A stretch of DNA of 58,995 nt, from positions 1 through 58,995 of the forward strand of contig JAHWKZ010000001.1 of assembly GCA_019347645.1 (NCBI GenBank). The letters run 5' to 3'. Shown in pieces: positions 1-10,664 of the stretch; within the stretch, counting starts at the first letter, position 1, and the number at the start of each line of letters is the position of its first letter. The DNA comes from Gemmatimonadota bacterium (GTDB lineage: Bacteria; Gemmatimonadota; Gemmatimonadetes; JACCXV01; JAHWKZ01). Position numbers and translations under genes: made by a program. The notes beneath the pieces were generated by a model. It searched no databases, had not been told where the DNA came from, and saw nothing but the letters and a program-made list of their open reading frames with translations.

Positions 1-1251
1 GCCCATGTAGGGGCGCAGGGCTTCGGGCACGGTCACCGAGCCGTCCTGGTTCTGGTAGCTCTCGAGGATCGCGATCATCGTCCTCGGGAGCGCGAGCGCG
101 GAGCCGTTCAGCGTGTGCGGATGGTACGTCCCGCCGCCGTTCTCGTGCCGCGCTCGCAGCATCGCCCGCCGGGCCTGGTAGTCCTCGCAGTTGGAGCACG
201 AGGAATCCTCGAGCCACATCTCGCACCCCGGCGCCCACACCTCGAGGTCGTACGTCTTGGCGGCGGCGTTCCCCATGTCGCCGGCGGCCAGCAGAACCAC
301 CCGATAGGGGAGCTCCAGCGCCTGGAGGAGCGCCTCGGCGTCGACGGTCAGCGACTCGAGCGCGTCGTAGGAGTCCTCCGGCTCGACGATCTCGAACAGC
401 TCCACCTTGTCGAACTGGTGGACGCGGATCAGCCCCCGGGTCTCGCGGCCGTGGGCGCCCGCCTCGCGGCGGAAGCACGGCGTATACGATACGTACCGGC
501 GCGGGAGGGTACCGGGATCGAGGATCTCCTCGCGGTGCCATCCCATGATGGGGACCTCGGCGGTCGGTATCAGGTACAGGTCGTCGACCTCGGCGTGGTA
601 GAGCTGGTCGGCGAACTTCGGCAGGTGGCCGGTGGCCGTCGCGGTGACGGGGTTCACCAGGTACGGGGGCGCGAGCTCGAGGTACCCCTTGCCGCGGTGG
701 GTGTCGAGCATGAACGAGATCAGCGCCCGGGCGAGTGCGGCGCCATCCCCGACGAGGCCCACGAACCCGCTCCCGGCGACCTTGGCCGCGCGGTCGAGCT
801 CGAGGATCCCCAGCTCGGGACCGAGGTCCCAGTGGGCCCTGGGCTCGAAATCGAAGGTCCTCGGCTCGCCCCACTCGCGGACGAGCACGTTGTTCTCCGG
901 CCCGCCGACCGGCACCGACGCGTGCGGCAGGTTCGGGATCTCCAGGAGCATCGAGTCGAGCGTCTCCCTGTGGGCGTCGGCCTCCTCGTCCAGGGACTTG
1001 ATCCGGTCCGCCACCTCGCGCATCTCGGCCTTCAGCGCCTCGGCCTCGTCGCTCTTCCCCGACTGGATCAGGGTGCCGATCTCCTTCGAGCGGGCGTTGC
1101 GTACGGCTTTCAGCCGCTCGCTCTCCACCAGCAGCCGACGGTGCTCCTCGTCGAGGGAGACGAGCCGTTCCACGTCGGCGCTCTCGCCGCGCTTCTCCAG
1201 CCCGTCGCGGAGCGCGTCCGGAGCGTTCCTGAGCAGCCGCACGTCGAGCAT
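1..1251 (-). CDS. serS: seryl-tRNA synthetase; the 3' end runs off the window
   Basis: Absent from the ORF track because it is edge-truncated. My minus-strand translation from ATG 1251-1249 reads MLDVRLLRNAPDALRDGLEKRGESADVERL and reaches ...SYQNQDGSVTVPEALRPYMG at base 1, which is the typical SerS N- and C-terminus. Confidence 0.9.
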   Translation of the reverse strand, partial: MLDVRLLRNAPDALRDGLEKRGESADVERLVSLDEEHRRLLVESERLKAVRNARSKEIGTLIQSGKSDEAEALKAEMREVADRIKSLDEEADAHRETLDSMLLEIPNLPHASVPVGGPENNVLVREWGEPRTFDFEPRAHWDLGPELGILELDRAAKVAGSGFVGLVGDGAALARALISFMLDTHRGKGYLELAPPYLVNPVTATATGHLPKFADQLYHAEVDDLYLIPTAEVPIMGWHREEILDPGTLPRRYVSYTPCFRREAGAHGRETRGLIRVHQFDKVELFEIVEPEDSYDALESLTVDAEALLQALELPYRVVLLAAGDMGNAAAKTYDLEVWAPGCEMWLEDSSCSNCEDYQARRAMLRARHENGGGTYHPHTLNGSALALPRTMIAILESYQNQDGSVTVPEALRPYMG

Positions 1252-1253
1252 CG

Positions 1254-1847
1254 CTATGGCGACTCCTCCGTCCCGACGGTCACGTCACGGTTCAGCGGCT
1301 GCCGCTGATACGCCCAACGGAATCTCACGAACCGGGAGCGGGGGTCGTCGGGGATCTCCCGGCCCACCTCGGTGACCTCGAGCTTCGCGTAGTTGATGGG
1401 GACGATGATGCCGCCGAGGCTCGTGATCCGAAACGCGTAGACGTGGCCTTCGACGACCTCGGCCGGCTCGTCCGTGTAACCGCTCTCCGGTACCGTCGTC
1501 ACCGCCTCGAACGTCTGCACCCCGCGGGACTCGGTGAGGTCCAGGATGCCGGTCCTCGTGAGCGACAGGCCCGGCGCCACGTCCGTGAACGGTCGGAAGA
1601 CGAGCGTTTCGGCGGCGGCATCCAGGACCCAGGTTCCGTTGGACGGGGTATCCCCGGTCCCCACGAAGAACCGCTCCCCGGCCGGGAAGATCCATCCGCT
1701 CGGGAAGCCCTCGAGCGCCAGCTCCCACACCTGGCTCGATCCATGGGAGACCAGCGGCGTGGTGCCCCGGAAGGGATTCTCCTCGTCGCACCCGACGATC
1801 ACGAGGATCGTCAGCGCCGCCGCGACTGTTCGGATCGTCCGCATCAT
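1254..1847 (-). CDS. hypothetical lipoprotein
   Basis: Inner start of ORF 1254..1982: MMRTIRTVAAALTILVIVGCDEE gives a signal peptide plus lipobox. Its ATG overlaps the upstream stop (ATGA at 1844-1847). Confidence 0.6.
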   Translation of the reverse strand: MMRTIRTVAAALTILVIVGCDEENPFRGTTPLVSHGSSQVWELALEGFPSGWIFPAGERFFVGTGDTPSNGTWVLDAAAETLVFRPFTDVAPGLSLTRTGILDLTESRGVQTFEAVTTVPESGYTDEPAEVVEGHVYAFRITSLGGIIVPINYAKLEVTEVGREIPDDPRSRFVRFRWAYQRQPLNRDVTVGTEESP

Positions 1848-2803
1848 ACCCTCGCCTGTCTCTCCTCGGCTCCGATTCTGTTCCGCCAGTCGTCCAGCAG
1901 ATCGCGAGCCGTCTCCTGCCATCCGATCCGCGGCGACCAACCGGTCGCCGCCTCCACCTTCGACGGGTCGCCCACGATCCATTCGACCTCCGTGGGGCGG
2001 AGCCGCTCCTCGTCCCGCTCGAGCGTCACCGGACGCTCCGCCAGGCCGACCAGCGTCTCCAGCGCGTCCCCGATCGTGCGGCCGATGCCGGAGCAGACGT
2101 TGTACGCCTCGCCGGGCTGGCCGCGCTCCAGGAGCGCCGCATAGGCGCCCACCACGTCCCGGACGTCGGAGAGGTCACGGACCGCGCCGAGCCAACCCAC
2201 CCGGATCGTCGGCGGTCCCGCGCCCGCCTCCGCCAGAGCGATCCTCCGGGCCACCGACGGGAAGACGAACCGCGGATCCTGCCCGGGTCCCGTATGAGGA
2301 AACGCCCGGACCCGGATGACCGGCAGGCCGAACCCCCGGGCGTACTGGTGGCCCAGCAGGTCCTGCGCGGCCTTGCTCGTCCCGTACGGCGTGATCGGCG
2401 CGAGCGGGGCCGACTCGTTCACCGGCCCGTCCTCCGGCTCGCGGCGTCCGTACACCTCGCTCGAGGAGACCACGACCACCCGCGCCGCGTCCGCCTCCCG
2501 GCACGCTTCCAGCACGTGCAGCGTCCCGAGCGCGTTGACCTGGAAGGTGGCGTCGGGATCCTCGAACGCCGTCGCCACGCTCGTCTGCCCCGCGAGGTGG
2601 ACGACCGCGTCGGGCTCCGCCTCCCGGATCGCCCGCGTGGTCGCCGGCGCGTCGGTGACGTCGAGCGCCACGACCTCCGCGGCCCCCTGGACGGCTCCCC
2701 CCGGCGACAGCGAACTCCCGATCACCCCGTGCCCATCGTCCGCGAGCCGGGCGGCCAGATGCCGTCCGACGAAGCCATCGATTCCGGTGACGAAGACGCG
2801 CAT
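1844..2803 (-). CDS. NAD-dependent epimerase/dehydratase (extended SDR, GDP-sugar dehydratase/reductase-like)
   Basis: MRVFVTGIDGFVGRHL Rossmann motif and a YGTSKAAQD YxxxK catalytic motif; 319 aa. Confidence 0.8.
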   Translation of the reverse strand: MRVFVTGIDGFVGRHLAARLADDGHGVIGSSLSPGGAVQGAAEVVALDVTDAPATTRAIREAEPDAVVHLAGQTSVATAFEDPDATFQVNALGTLHVLEACREADAARVVVVSSSEVYGRREPEDGPVNESAPLAPITPYGTSKAAQDLLGHQYARGFGLPVIRVRAFPHTGPGQDPRFVFPSVARRIALAEAGAGPPTIRVGWLGAVRDLSDVRDVVGAYAALLERGQPGEAYNVCSGIGRTIGDALETLVGLAERPVTLERDEERLRPTEVEWIVGDPSKVEAATGWSPRIGWQETARDLLDDWRNRIGAEERQARV

Positions 2804-2891
2804 GCGATCGACGGGACGTGAGGGGCGGGATCAGGGCGCCGACGGAGGATCGAAGATACCCGCCCGCGGCGAAACGGAGCAAGCGCGTAGA

Positions 2892-3221
2892 CTACCCGCC
2901 GCGCGCCGCCCGCGTGGCCTCGGCCGACCACTCGAGGAGCGCATCGGGGTCCTCGAGCACATCGCCCGGCACCTCCCAATAGCGACGCAACGTCTGGCGC
3001 TCGGTCGCCTGGAAGCGTGAGCAGCCTCGGGACTCGTACCGGCTCCGCGTGGCGTCGTCGGTCTTCAGGTAGAGCCGCCCCCGGTGGACGATGCCGAAGA
3101 AGGTGTCGCGTTGATAGAGGCCCCAGCCGCCGAACATCCGCCTGGCCCGCACACCGCCGAGGGGCTCGAGGCGCTCCACCACCCAGTCGGCGAACGAGCG
3201 ATCGCCTGGATCGGCGCTCAT
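2892..3221 (-). CDS. TfoX N-terminal domain protein
   Basis: 109 aa; RRMFGGWGLYQRDTFFGIVHRGRLYLKTDD resembles the TfoX/Sxy N-terminal domain. Confidence 0.6.
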   Translation of the reverse strand: MSADPGDRSFADWVVERLEPLGGVRARRMFGGWGLYQRDTFFGIVHRGRLYLKTDDATRSRYESRGCSRFQATERQTLRRYWEVPGDVLEDPDALLEWSAEATRAARGG

Positions 3222-3222
3222 C

Positions 3223-4446
3223 TCACCGCCCGACTCCGTGGAGCGAGCGAAGCATCTCTCGCTCGCCCTCGCCCAGCGACTGATCGCGTCGATCCATGGC
3301 GGTGGACGCCGCGCGCTCGAACGGCTCCCAACGCACGGGGACCCGGTCCGAGCCGTCGAACCACGAGAATTCCGGGAGGCGCGGCGGGCTCACCGCCCGG
3401 CCGCCGAAGACGTGGGAGCCCGCTCCGATCCGGGCCCCGGTGGTGAGGAGCGTGCCGATTCCGGTCTTCACGTGGTCGCCCAGGAACGCCCCCACTTTCA
3501 GCAGCCCGGTGTCGATCCGTCCCTCCGCCGCCTCGACCCGCACGGACCCGTAGGTGTTCTTCAGATCGCTGGTGACGGTGTCCGCGCCCAGGTTCGTCCA
3601 CTCGCCCAGGACGGAATGACCGACGAACCCGTCGTGGGCCTTGTTCGCGAACCCCTGGAGGATGGTCTGCTCGATCTCCCCACGGACCTTGCACCGCGGA
3701 CCGATCGAGGCGCCGCCGCCGACCTCGCCGCCGAGGACGACGCTCTCCCGGCCCACGTAGAGAGGGCCGCGGAGACGGGCGTGAGACGCGACCCTGGCGC
3801 CCGAGTCGAGGACGATCGGGCCCTCCCGGACGTCGAGGACGACGAAGGGCCCGACCGTCACGTCGGGCCCCACCTTCAGGTCGTCGTCGTCTCCGAGCAG
3901 CACGAGGGGGTCGACGGCGGCGACGGAATCGACGCCCGCGAACCCGACGGCGTCCCGTTCGATCAGGCCGGGATTGGCGGCCATGACCGACCAGATCGCG
4001 TCCAGGAAGAGCCCCTCCACCGACCGCACCGGGAGTCCGAGGCCGGCCAGCCGCTCGACCAGCTCCCGAGGCGAGCCCGGCCCCTCGCCGGCGAGCTCGG
4101 CGGCCGCCCCGCCGTCCAGCCGCCACGCCACGGGCGCGTCGTCGAGCCGCCACTCGGCCGGGTCCTCCCCGAGGTCGAGCTCGGCGGGCGGGACCCAGGA
4201 GGACAGCGCCACGAGCAGGCCTTGCCCGGGATCCGGCCAGCGGTTGAGCACCGGGCGGTCTCCCGAGCGGAAGGCGCAGCCGGTCACCGACTCGTCGCAC
4301 CAGAGAGAGGCGACCCCGCCGACGACCTCCGCCCAGCGGGCCCGGAAGGTCATCGTCCCCGCCAGCAGGTCGGCCACCGGACGCGCGGCGGCCAGCGGCC
4401 AGAAGGACTCGCGGTGGGGATCGACCAGGACGAGCGGCGGCGTCAA
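3223..4446 (-). CDS. putative sugar nucleotidyltransferase with left-handed beta-helix (GlmU-like)
   Basis: 407 aa. The C-terminal half is full of hexapeptide-repeat-like segments (VGPDVTVGPFVVLD, IGPRCKVRGEI, VGHSVLGEWTNLGA, GDHVKTGIGTLL). Confidence 0.6.
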   Translation of the reverse strand: MTPPLVLVDPHRESFWPLAAARPVADLLAGTMTFRARWAEVVGGVASLWCDESVTGCAFRSGDRPVLNRWPDPGQGLLVALSSWVPPAELDLGEDPAEWRLDDAPVAWRLDGGAAAELAGEGPGSPRELVERLAGLGLPVRSVEGLFLDAIWSVMAANPGLIERDAVGFAGVDSVAAVDPLVLLGDDDDLKVGPDVTVGPFVVLDVREGPIVLDSGARVASHARLRGPLYVGRESVVLGGEVGGGASIGPRCKVRGEIEQTILQGFANKAHDGFVGHSVLGEWTNLGADTVTSDLKNTYGSVRVEAAEGRIDTGLLKVGAFLGDHVKTGIGTLLTTGARIGAGSHVFGGRAVSPPRLPEFSWFDGSDRVPVRWEPFERAASTAMDRRDQSLGEGEREMLRSLHGVGR

Positions 4447-4456
4447 GGGCCCGACC

Positions 4457-4939
4457 TCAAGGATCGGAGCGGACCGCGGTGCGCACCGTCCAGGCGCCTT
4501 CGACCCCCTCGGAGACGAGCCGCTCGCGGAGCCGCTCGGCGGCCCCCCGGTCGAGGAAGTCCCCGACCCGCACCTTCCACCACGGCTCGGCCCACTCGAC
4601 GTACACGGGCTGATCGACGAGCCTCTCGATCCTTCCCGCGAAGGCCTGGGCGGAGGCGCGATCGGGATCGGCCAAGACCTGGACGCGCCATCCGGTCGTC
4701 GTGGACGGCGAGACGGGACGCACGGTCCCGGTCGTCACCGTCGCGCGCTCCACCCGGGTGGTGTCGGGGAGGTCTCCGGAGAGCGTGTCGGCCCGGTAGG
4801 TGCCATCGGCCTCCACCCGTCCGACGACGACCGGCTCCTCGGCGGGATCGGCGGCGTCGGGATCCCGCTCCGCGTACCGTGGAGCGCACCCCCACGCCGC
4901 CCACCCCACCAGGGCGAGGGCCACGACCGCGCGCCTCAC
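4457..4939 (-). CDS. SPOR-domain lipoprotein
   Basis: GTG start at 4939 (GTGA overlap with the manC stop) gives VRRAVVALALVGWAAWGC, a signal peptide with lipobox. The C-terminus WRVQVLADPDRASAQAFAGRIE...WWKVRVGDF is SPOR-like. Confidence 0.6.
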   Translation of the reverse strand: MRRAVVALALVGWAAWGCAPRYAERDPDAADPAEEPVVVGRVEADGTYRADTLSGDLPDTTRVERATVTTGTVRPVSPSTTTGWRVQVLADPDRASAQAFAGRIERLVDQPVYVEWAEPWWKVRVGDFLDRGAAERLRERLVSEGVEGAWTVRTAVRSDP

Positions 4940-6003
4940 CGACCCGCCTCCTTCCGACCGGTCACCGAGCGGACGAACGCCTTCAGGTCGTCCAACCGCT
5001 CCCGTGAGACGACCAGCGTCTCGTCGATGGTCCGCACCACGACGACGTCCGAGAGGCCGAGCGCGGAGATGCGTCCCGACTCCGACCACGCGACGAGATC
5101 CGTGCACTCCTCCAGCTCGACGTCACCGACCGCCACGTTGCCCCTCGCATCGAGTTCCATCCAGCGGGCGAGCGCGTCCCAGGAGCCGACATCGTCCCAA
5201 CCCCAGTCGCTGGCGGGAAGGACGGCGGCGCGATCGGTCTGCTGCATGATCCCGTAGTCGATCGAAGTCGACTCGACGGTCGCGTAGAAGCGCTCGAGGG
5301 ACCGTCGCGGACCCTCGTCCCACCCCGTCACGGCGGCCTGGACCGTCTTCCGCATCAGCGGCAGGTGGCGGCCGTACTCCTCGAGGAACACCGAGGCGCG
5401 CCCGCAGAAGAGCCCGCTGTTCCAGTAGTGCCGGCCATCGTTCCAGAGACGACGGACCGTCTCGGCGTCGGGCTTCTCGAGGAAGGCCGCCACCTCGTAC
5501 GCCTCGACCGTCGTCACGTCGAGCGGCTCGCCGCGGCGGACGTAGCCGTAGCCGGTCTCGGGTCGGCTGGGGACGATCCCGAACAGGACGAGGAGGGCGC
5601 GCTCGGCGGCGAGCTGGAAGGCCCCCTGAACGGAGTCACGGAAGGCGTCGACGTCGCCCACGGCGTGATCGGCCGGCAGAGCCAGGAAGACCGCATCCGG
5701 GTCCCGCGCCTCCAGCAGGCCGGCCGCGAGGCCGACCGCGGGCGCGGTATTCTTCCCCTCCGGCTCACCGATCACGTTGCCGCGCGGTACCTCCGGGAGC
5801 TCACGGGCGACCTCGTCGACCAGGGTAGCGTGGGTGAGGACCATCGTCCGCTCCGGGGACACCACCCCGTCGAGCCGGTCCACTGTCTCCCGAAGCAGGG
5901 TGCGATCGGACAGGAGCGGCAGGAGCTGCTTGGGTCGCAGGGGGGTCGAGGCGGGCCAGAACCGCTCGCCCGTTCCGCCGGCGAGGACGACGGCGTAGTT
6001 CAA
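4936..6003 (-). CDS. manC: mannose-1-phosphate guanylyltransferase
   Basis: MNYAVVLAGGTGERFWPASTPLRPKQLLPL N-terminal nucleotidyltransferase signature; 355 aa. Confidence 0.85.
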   Translation of the reverse strand: MNYAVVLAGGTGERFWPASTPLRPKQLLPLLSDRTLLRETVDRLDGVVSPERTMVLTHATLVDEVARELPEVPRGNVIGEPEGKNTAPAVGLAAGLLEARDPDAVFLALPADHAVGDVDAFRDSVQGAFQLAAERALLVLFGIVPSRPETGYGYVRRGEPLDVTTVEAYEVAAFLEKPDAETVRRLWNDGRHYWNSGLFCGRASVFLEEYGRHLPLMRKTVQAAVTGWDEGPRRSLERFYATVESTSIDYGIMQQTDRAAVLPASDWGWDDVGSWDALARWMELDARGNVAVGDVELEECTDLVAWSESGRISALGLSDVVVVRTIDETLVVSRERLDDLKAFVRSVTGRKEAGR

Positions 6004-6085
6004 AGCGGACCTCCGTGGAGATTCTCCGTCGCGGAGCGAGTCGGTGGAAGTATAACGGCGGGGGGATCGTCGGGCGAAGGCGGTG

Positions 6086-6117
6086 GGAGGCCGGATCGAG
6101 GGCCGGCTCCGGCCTCC
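6086..6117 (-). terminator. 10-bp perfect hairpin 13 nt after the stop of the 6131..6706 gene
   Basis: GGAGGCCGGA (6086-6095) pairs with TCCGGCCTCC (6108-6117). There is no clear U-tract. Confidence 0.3.
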
Positions 6118-6130
6118 CCGTTTCCATGGT

Positions 6131-6706
6131 CTACGGGGTGGTGTCCGCCGCGGTGGGAGCCGCTCCCGGCATGTCGGCTCCGCCGGCCGTCGCTCCTCCC
6201 TCGATCGGGCCGTCGCTGTTCCAGATGTCGCGGTGCCACTTCCAGCCGTCCGCCGTGTTCTTCCAGACGACGACGTAGGAGCCCCGGTCCAGCGGTCCTT
6301 CGGCGCCGCGCATCTCGAACCGGCCGACCTCCCAGGCCATGCCCTCGCCGGCGGGCTGGACCTCGTCGGTCTGGAGCTCCACCCCCGTCAGTCCGGCCCG
6401 CTCGGCGGCTCCGGTCCAGAAGTCCACGATCGCCGTCATCCCCTCGACCGGTGCGGCCCCGGGGGGAAAGATCCTGGCGTCCTCGGTGTAGATCCCCCTC
6501 ACTCCCCCGGCGACGTCGCCGGCCGCCACCGCTTCGCCGACCCGGTCGTTGGCCGCCTCGATCGCCGCCCGGATCTGCGCCGGATCCTCTGCCGCAGCGG
6601 TGTCCGCCGGCTGCTCGTCCACGTCCGCTTCCCGACCGTCCTCGGCGCAGGCCATCAGCAGGGCGACCCCCAGAACCAGGGCCATCGTCTCGAATCCTCT
6701 CTTCAT
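6131..6706 (-). CDS. NTF2-fold (DUF4440/SnoaL-like) lipoprotein
   Basis: Inner start MKRGFETMALVLGVALLMAC (lipobox). The C-terminus YVVVWKNTADGWKWHRDIWNSD is typical of DUF4440-like proteins. Confidence 0.55.
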   Translation of the reverse strand: MKRGFETMALVLGVALLMACAEDGREADVDEQPADTAAAEDPAQIRAAIEAANDRVGEAVAAGDVAGGVRGIYTEDARIFPPGAAPVEGMTAIVDFWTGAAERAGLTGVELQTDEVQPAGEGMAWEVGRFEMRGAEGPLDRGSYVVVWKNTADGWKWHRDIWNSDGPIEGGATAGGADMPGAAPTAADTTP

Positions 6707-6793
6707 CCTACCTCCCGTTCGTGGTTCGATGGACTTCCCCTTATACGCCACTCGACCGCGGGCGGTCAACCTCGTCCGGAAGCGCCGGTTCCG

Positions 6794-8920
6794 CTACCCC
6801 TGGCGGACCAGATCCGCGTCGCGCTCGGCCAGCCGGGCGAGCTTCTCGCGCAGCCCGCGGTGCTCGGGACGCTCGAGGCCGGGGTCGGCGTCAGCGACCG
6901 CGAACGCCGCGGCGCGCGCGCGGGCGAGATGATCGACGTCGCGCTCGACGTCGGCGATCCGGAAGTCGGGGACGCCGTGCTGCCGGGTCCCGAAGACGTC
7001 CCCCTGGCCCCGGAGACGCAGATCCTCCTCGGCGATCACGAACCCGTCGTGGGTCCGGGCGATGACGCCGACGCGATCGCGGGCGGCGTAGCCGGCGTCG
7101 GGGGATACCATGAGGAAGCAGCGAGCGGGCTTCTCGCCGCGCCCCACCCGCCCGCGGAGCTGGTGCAGTTGCGAGAGGCCGAATCGTTCGGCGTGCTCGA
7201 TCACCATGAAGGTGGCGCCGGGGACGTCCACCCCGACCTCGATAACGGTGGTAGCGACCAGCAGGTCGACCTCGCCGGCCGCGAACTCCCGCATGACGCG
7301 GTCCTTCGCCTCGGAAGAGAGACGCCCGTGGACGAGGGCCACGCGGGCGTCGGGGAAACGCGCCGCGAGCGCTTCGTAGCCGCTGGTGGCATCCTTCAGG
7401 TCCATCGCCTCGCTCTCCTCCACCAGCGGGTAGACCACGTACCCCTGCTCGCCGGCGGCGAGACGAGCCCCCAGGAAGGCGTAGAGATCCTCCCGCCGGC
7501 TCTCGCCGAGGACGTGCGTCTTCACCGGCCGCCGGCCGGGCGGCAGCTCGTCGAGACGGGAGACGTCGAGGTCGCCGTAGAAGGTGAGCGCGAGCGAGCG
7601 CGGGATCGGCGTGGCGGTCATGACCAGGACGTCCGGCACCCCGGTGGCGGCGGACGCCTCGACGGCCTCCTCGAGACCGCCCTTGCGGGTGAGGGCCAGG
7701 CGTTGAGCGACCCCGAATCGATGCTGCTCGTCGACGATCGCGAGGCCGAGGCGGCGGAAGTCGACTCCGGACTGGATCAGGGCATGGGTGCCGATCGCGA
7801 CGTCGATGGTGCCTTCCGCGAGTCCCGCCAGGATCGGCTCGCGCGCCCTCCCGGTCACGCTCCCCGTCAACAGCGCCACCGAGACGTCCCGCTCGACGAG
7901 CCCGGCGGTCTCGAGGAGCGCGCCGACGTTCCGCGCGTGCTGCTCGGCGAGGATCTCGGTCGGCGCCATGAGGGCGCCCTGCACGCCGCTCTCCACCGCG
8001 CGCAGGAGCGCCAGCAGCGCCACGATCGTCTTCCCCGAACCCACGTCGCCCTGGAGCAGCCGGCTCATCGGCCGGCTCCTCCGCATGTCGCGGAATATCT
8101 CCAGCAGGACGCGCCGCTGGGCGGCCGTCAGGTCGAACGGGAGGCTCCGGCCGAGGCGCGGTACGAGATCCCCCTCGGTCCCCATCGCGATCCCGGCCTC
8201 CGGACGCCGCCGCGCCACGGCCTTGAGCGCCAGGCGCAGCTCCCACCAGAAGAATTCCTCCCACACGAAGCGCCGCCGCGCGCGGTCGCGATCGAGCGGC
8301 GTGGCCGGCCAGTGGAGGTCGAACAGGGCACGCGAGAGGGGTGGCAGCCCATGCTCCTCGAGAAGCCGCCGGGGCAGGGGGTCTTCGACCGGACCGAGGC
8401 GATCGAGGGCCGCCCTCGTCCACGCGCGGAGCGCCTTCTGGCTCACGTTCTCGGTCAGCGGGTAGACCGGCAGGACCTCCGGCGGCTCCTCGCCCGAGCC
8501 CGGGTCCATGGTCTCGAAGTCGGTGGGTGCGATCTGCAGGCGCGTGCCGTATCGCCCCACCGGGCCGATGGCCCGGATCTCGTCGCCGCGGGAGATCCGC
8601 CGCTCGACCCACGGCTGATTGAACCACACCAGCTGGATGGTTCCGGTTCCGTCGTCCAGAAGCGCGGTGACCAGGGTCCGCCGGCCGCGAAGGCGTCGCG
8701 AGCCGACGGTCGTGATCCGCCCGACCACGCACACCACCTCGCCGGGGACGAGCGCCTCCACGGACGTCGTGCGGCGGGCGTCGAAGTAGTCGCGCGGGTA
8801 GTGGTGGAGGAGGTCCTCGACCGTGGCGATCCCCAGGCGCGCCAGGTCCTTCGCCTTCCTCGGCCCGAGACCCGGGAGGAAGCGAACGTCGGTCTCCAGG
8901 GTCGTGGTATCGCCGCTCAG
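6794..8920 (-). CDS. recG: ATP-dependent DNA helicase RecG (start uncertain)
   Basis: [32 protein letters not shown] wedge N-terminus, GSGKT Walker A, DEQHRFG. The track start at 9067 would overlap ftsY by 150 nt. There is no ATG/GTG/TTG between the ftsY stop and the conserved N-terminus; only a CTG at 8920. Confidence 0.85.
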   Translation of the reverse strand: MSGDTTTLETDVRFLPGLGPRKAKDLARLGIATVEDLLHHYPRDYFDARRTTSVEALVPGEVVCVVGRITTVGSRRLRGRRTLVTALLDDGTGTIQLVWFNQPWVERRISRGDEIRAIGPVGRYGTRLQIAPTDFETMDPGSGEEPPEVLPVYPLTENVSQKALRAWTRAALDRLGPVEDPLPRRLLEEHGLPPLSRALFDLHWPATPLDRDRARRRFVWEEFFWWELRLALKAVARRRPEAGIAMGTEGDLVPRLGRSLPFDLTAAQRRVLLEIFRDMRRSRPMSRLLQGDVGSGKTIVALLALLRAVESGVQGALMAPTEILAEQHARNVGALLETAGLVERDVSVALLTGSVTGRAREPILAGLAEGTIDVAIGTHALIQSGVDFRRLGLAIVDEQHRFGVAQRLALTRKGGLEEAVEASAATGVPDVLVMTATPIPRSLALTFYGDLDVSRLDELPPGRRPVKTHVLGESRREDLYAFLGARLAAGEQGYVVYPLVEESEAMDLKDATSGYEALAARFPDARVALVHGRLSSEAKDRVMREFAAGEVDLLVATTVIEVGVDVPGATFMVIEHAERFGLSQLHQLRGRVGRGEKPARCFLMVSPDAGYAARDRVGVIARTHDGFVIAEEDLRLRGQGDVFGTRQHGVPDFRIADVERDVDHLARARAAAFAVADADPGLERPEHRGLREKLARLAERDADLVRQG

Positions 8921-9855
8921 GGGACGAGTCCCTCGGCGAACGCCGCGGAATCGAACGGGGCGAGGTCGTCGGCGCCCTCGCCGAGACCCACGTACTTGAC
9001 CGGGACCCCCAGCTCGCGGCTCACCGCCACCACCACCCCACCCCGGGCGGTCCCGTCCAGCTTGCACAGAACCAGGCCCGACACCGGGAGCCGCTCGGCG
9101 AACGTCCGCGCCTGGGCCAGTGCGTTGTGGCCGGTGGTGGCGTCGAGGACGAGGAGGGTCTCATGCGGCGCGCCCTCCTTCCGCCGGCCGGCCACCTGCG
9201 CCACCTTGGCGAGCTCCTCCATGAGGTCCTTCTGCGTGTGGAGGCGCCCCGCGGTGTCGGCCAGCACGTAGCTGGCGCCGCGTCTCGTGGCGGCGTCGAC
9301 GGCGTCGTAGACCACCGCCGCCGGGTCCCCCTTCGGCTGACCGGCCACCACCGGGACCCCCAGTCGCTCGGCCCACGCCTCCACCTGCTCGATCGCTCCG
9401 GCGCGGAAGGTGTCCGCCGCCACCAGCAGGACCGACTCGCCCTCCCGCTCCAGCCGGCGGGCGAGCCGCGCCATTGTGGTCGTCTTGCCGGCCCCGTTCA
9501 CCCCGACCAGGAGGACGACGGTCGGCGGCTCCTGCGCCCGGGCCAGGGAGCGATCCGGATCTCCTTCCTCCAGGAGCTCGACTATCCGCGCCCGGACAAA
9601 GTCCCGGAATTCCTGACGGGTGCCGATCCGACCCTGCTTCGCGGCGGTCTCCACCTCGTCGACGAGATGGAGGGTGGCGGGAACGCCGAAGTCCGCCTCG
9701 AGCAGCGACTCCTCGAGCCGCTCGACGGCGTCCTCGTCGATCCCCTTCACCAGGACGGCGACGTCCATCAGCGCGACGTCCTTGATCCGATTCCAGAGGC
9801 TCCGGCGCCCGAACGTCTCGTCTCCCGTCTTCCGTCCGATCCGATTCAACGGCAT
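8917..9855 (-). CDS. ftsY: signal recognition particle receptor FtsY
   Basis: [25 protein letters not shown] and [11 protein letters not shown] are SRP GTPase motifs. Confidence 0.92.
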   Translation of the reverse strand: MPLNRIGRKTGDETFGRRSLWNRIKDVALMDVAVLVKGIDEDAVERLEESLLEADFGVPATLHLVDEVETAAKQGRIGTRQEFRDFVRARIVELLEEGDPDRSLARAQEPPTVVLLVGVNGAGKTTTMARLARRLEREGESVLLVAADTFRAGAIEQVEAWAERLGVPVVAGQPKGDPAAVVYDAVDAATRRGASYVLADTAGRLHTQKDLMEELAKVAQVAGRRKEGAPHETLLVLDATTGHNALAQARTFAERLPVSGLVLCKLDGTARGGVVVAVSRELGVPVKYVGLGEGADDLAPFDSAAFAEGLVP

Positions 9856-9882
9856 GCTCGTCCCCTGCTATGTTCGTTCGTC

Positions 9883-10635
9883 ATGTCGTCCACGATCTGG
9901 TTCCTCAGCGACGTCCACCTGGGCGCGGCCGGACCGTCCGTCGAGGCCGCCAAGGAGCGCGACCTGCTCGACTTCCTCGCGCTGCCCGCCGGTGGCGATC
10001 GACTCTACCTGCTCGGGGACGTCTTCGACTTCTGGTTCGACTTCGGCGAGGCCCCGCCGATCCGGTACGGGCCCGCGCTGGGCGGTCTCGCCGACTGCGT
10101 CGAGCGGGGCGTTCGCGTCCTCTTCATGGGCGGGAACCACGACTACTGGGCCCGCACCGGGCGCGGCCCGGGCTGGCTCGAACGCGAGATCGGGCTCTCG
10201 CTGATCGGCGACCCCCACGAGGTCGAGCACCAGGGGCTCCGTCTCGCGCTGACCCACGGCGACGCGCTGGGGGGCGCCGAAGGGAGGTATCGCTTCGTGC
10301 GCTGGGTGCTCCACCATCCGCTCGCGATCCGCGCCTTCCGACTCCTCCCCGCCCGTCTCGCCTACCGGGTCGGCGACCGCGCGAGCCGGGCCAGCCGCTC
10401 CCGTCACCACCAGGAGATGCTGGAAGAGTACCGACTCCGCCTCCGCGAAAAGGCGATCCGCCGCCTCGCCTCGGGCAGGGTCGACGCCATCGTCGCCGGC
10501 CACGTCCACCATCCCGAGCGGGTCGACACCGGTCATGGAATCTACCTCAATCTCGGCGACTGGGTGGCCCATCGCACGTACGGGCGGCTGAGGGACGGGG
10601 AGCTCGCGCTCGAGACGTTCCGACCCCGGGCATGA
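9883..10635 (+). CDS. lpxH: UDP-2,3-diacylglucosamine hydrolase-like metallophosphoesterase
   Basis: Inner ATG at 9883 of ORF 9127..10635: MSSTIWFLSDVHLG, LLGDVFDFWFD, GGNHDYW, GHVH. Confidence 0.7.
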   Translation: MSSTIWFLSDVHLGAAGPSVEAAKERDLLDFLALPAGGDRLYLLGDVFDFWFDFGEAPPIRYGPALGGLADCVERGVRVLFMGGNHDYWARTGRGPGWLEREIGLSLIGDPHEVEHQGLRLALTHGDALGGAEGRYRFVRWVLHHPLAIRAFRLLPARLAYRVGDRASRASRSRHHQEMLEEYRLRLREKAIRRLASGRVDAIVAGHVHHPERVDTGHGIYLNLGDWVAHRTYGRLRDGELALETFRPRA

Positions 10636-10664
10636 GCGGAGGGAATCCGTTTCCGGAAAGCGGC

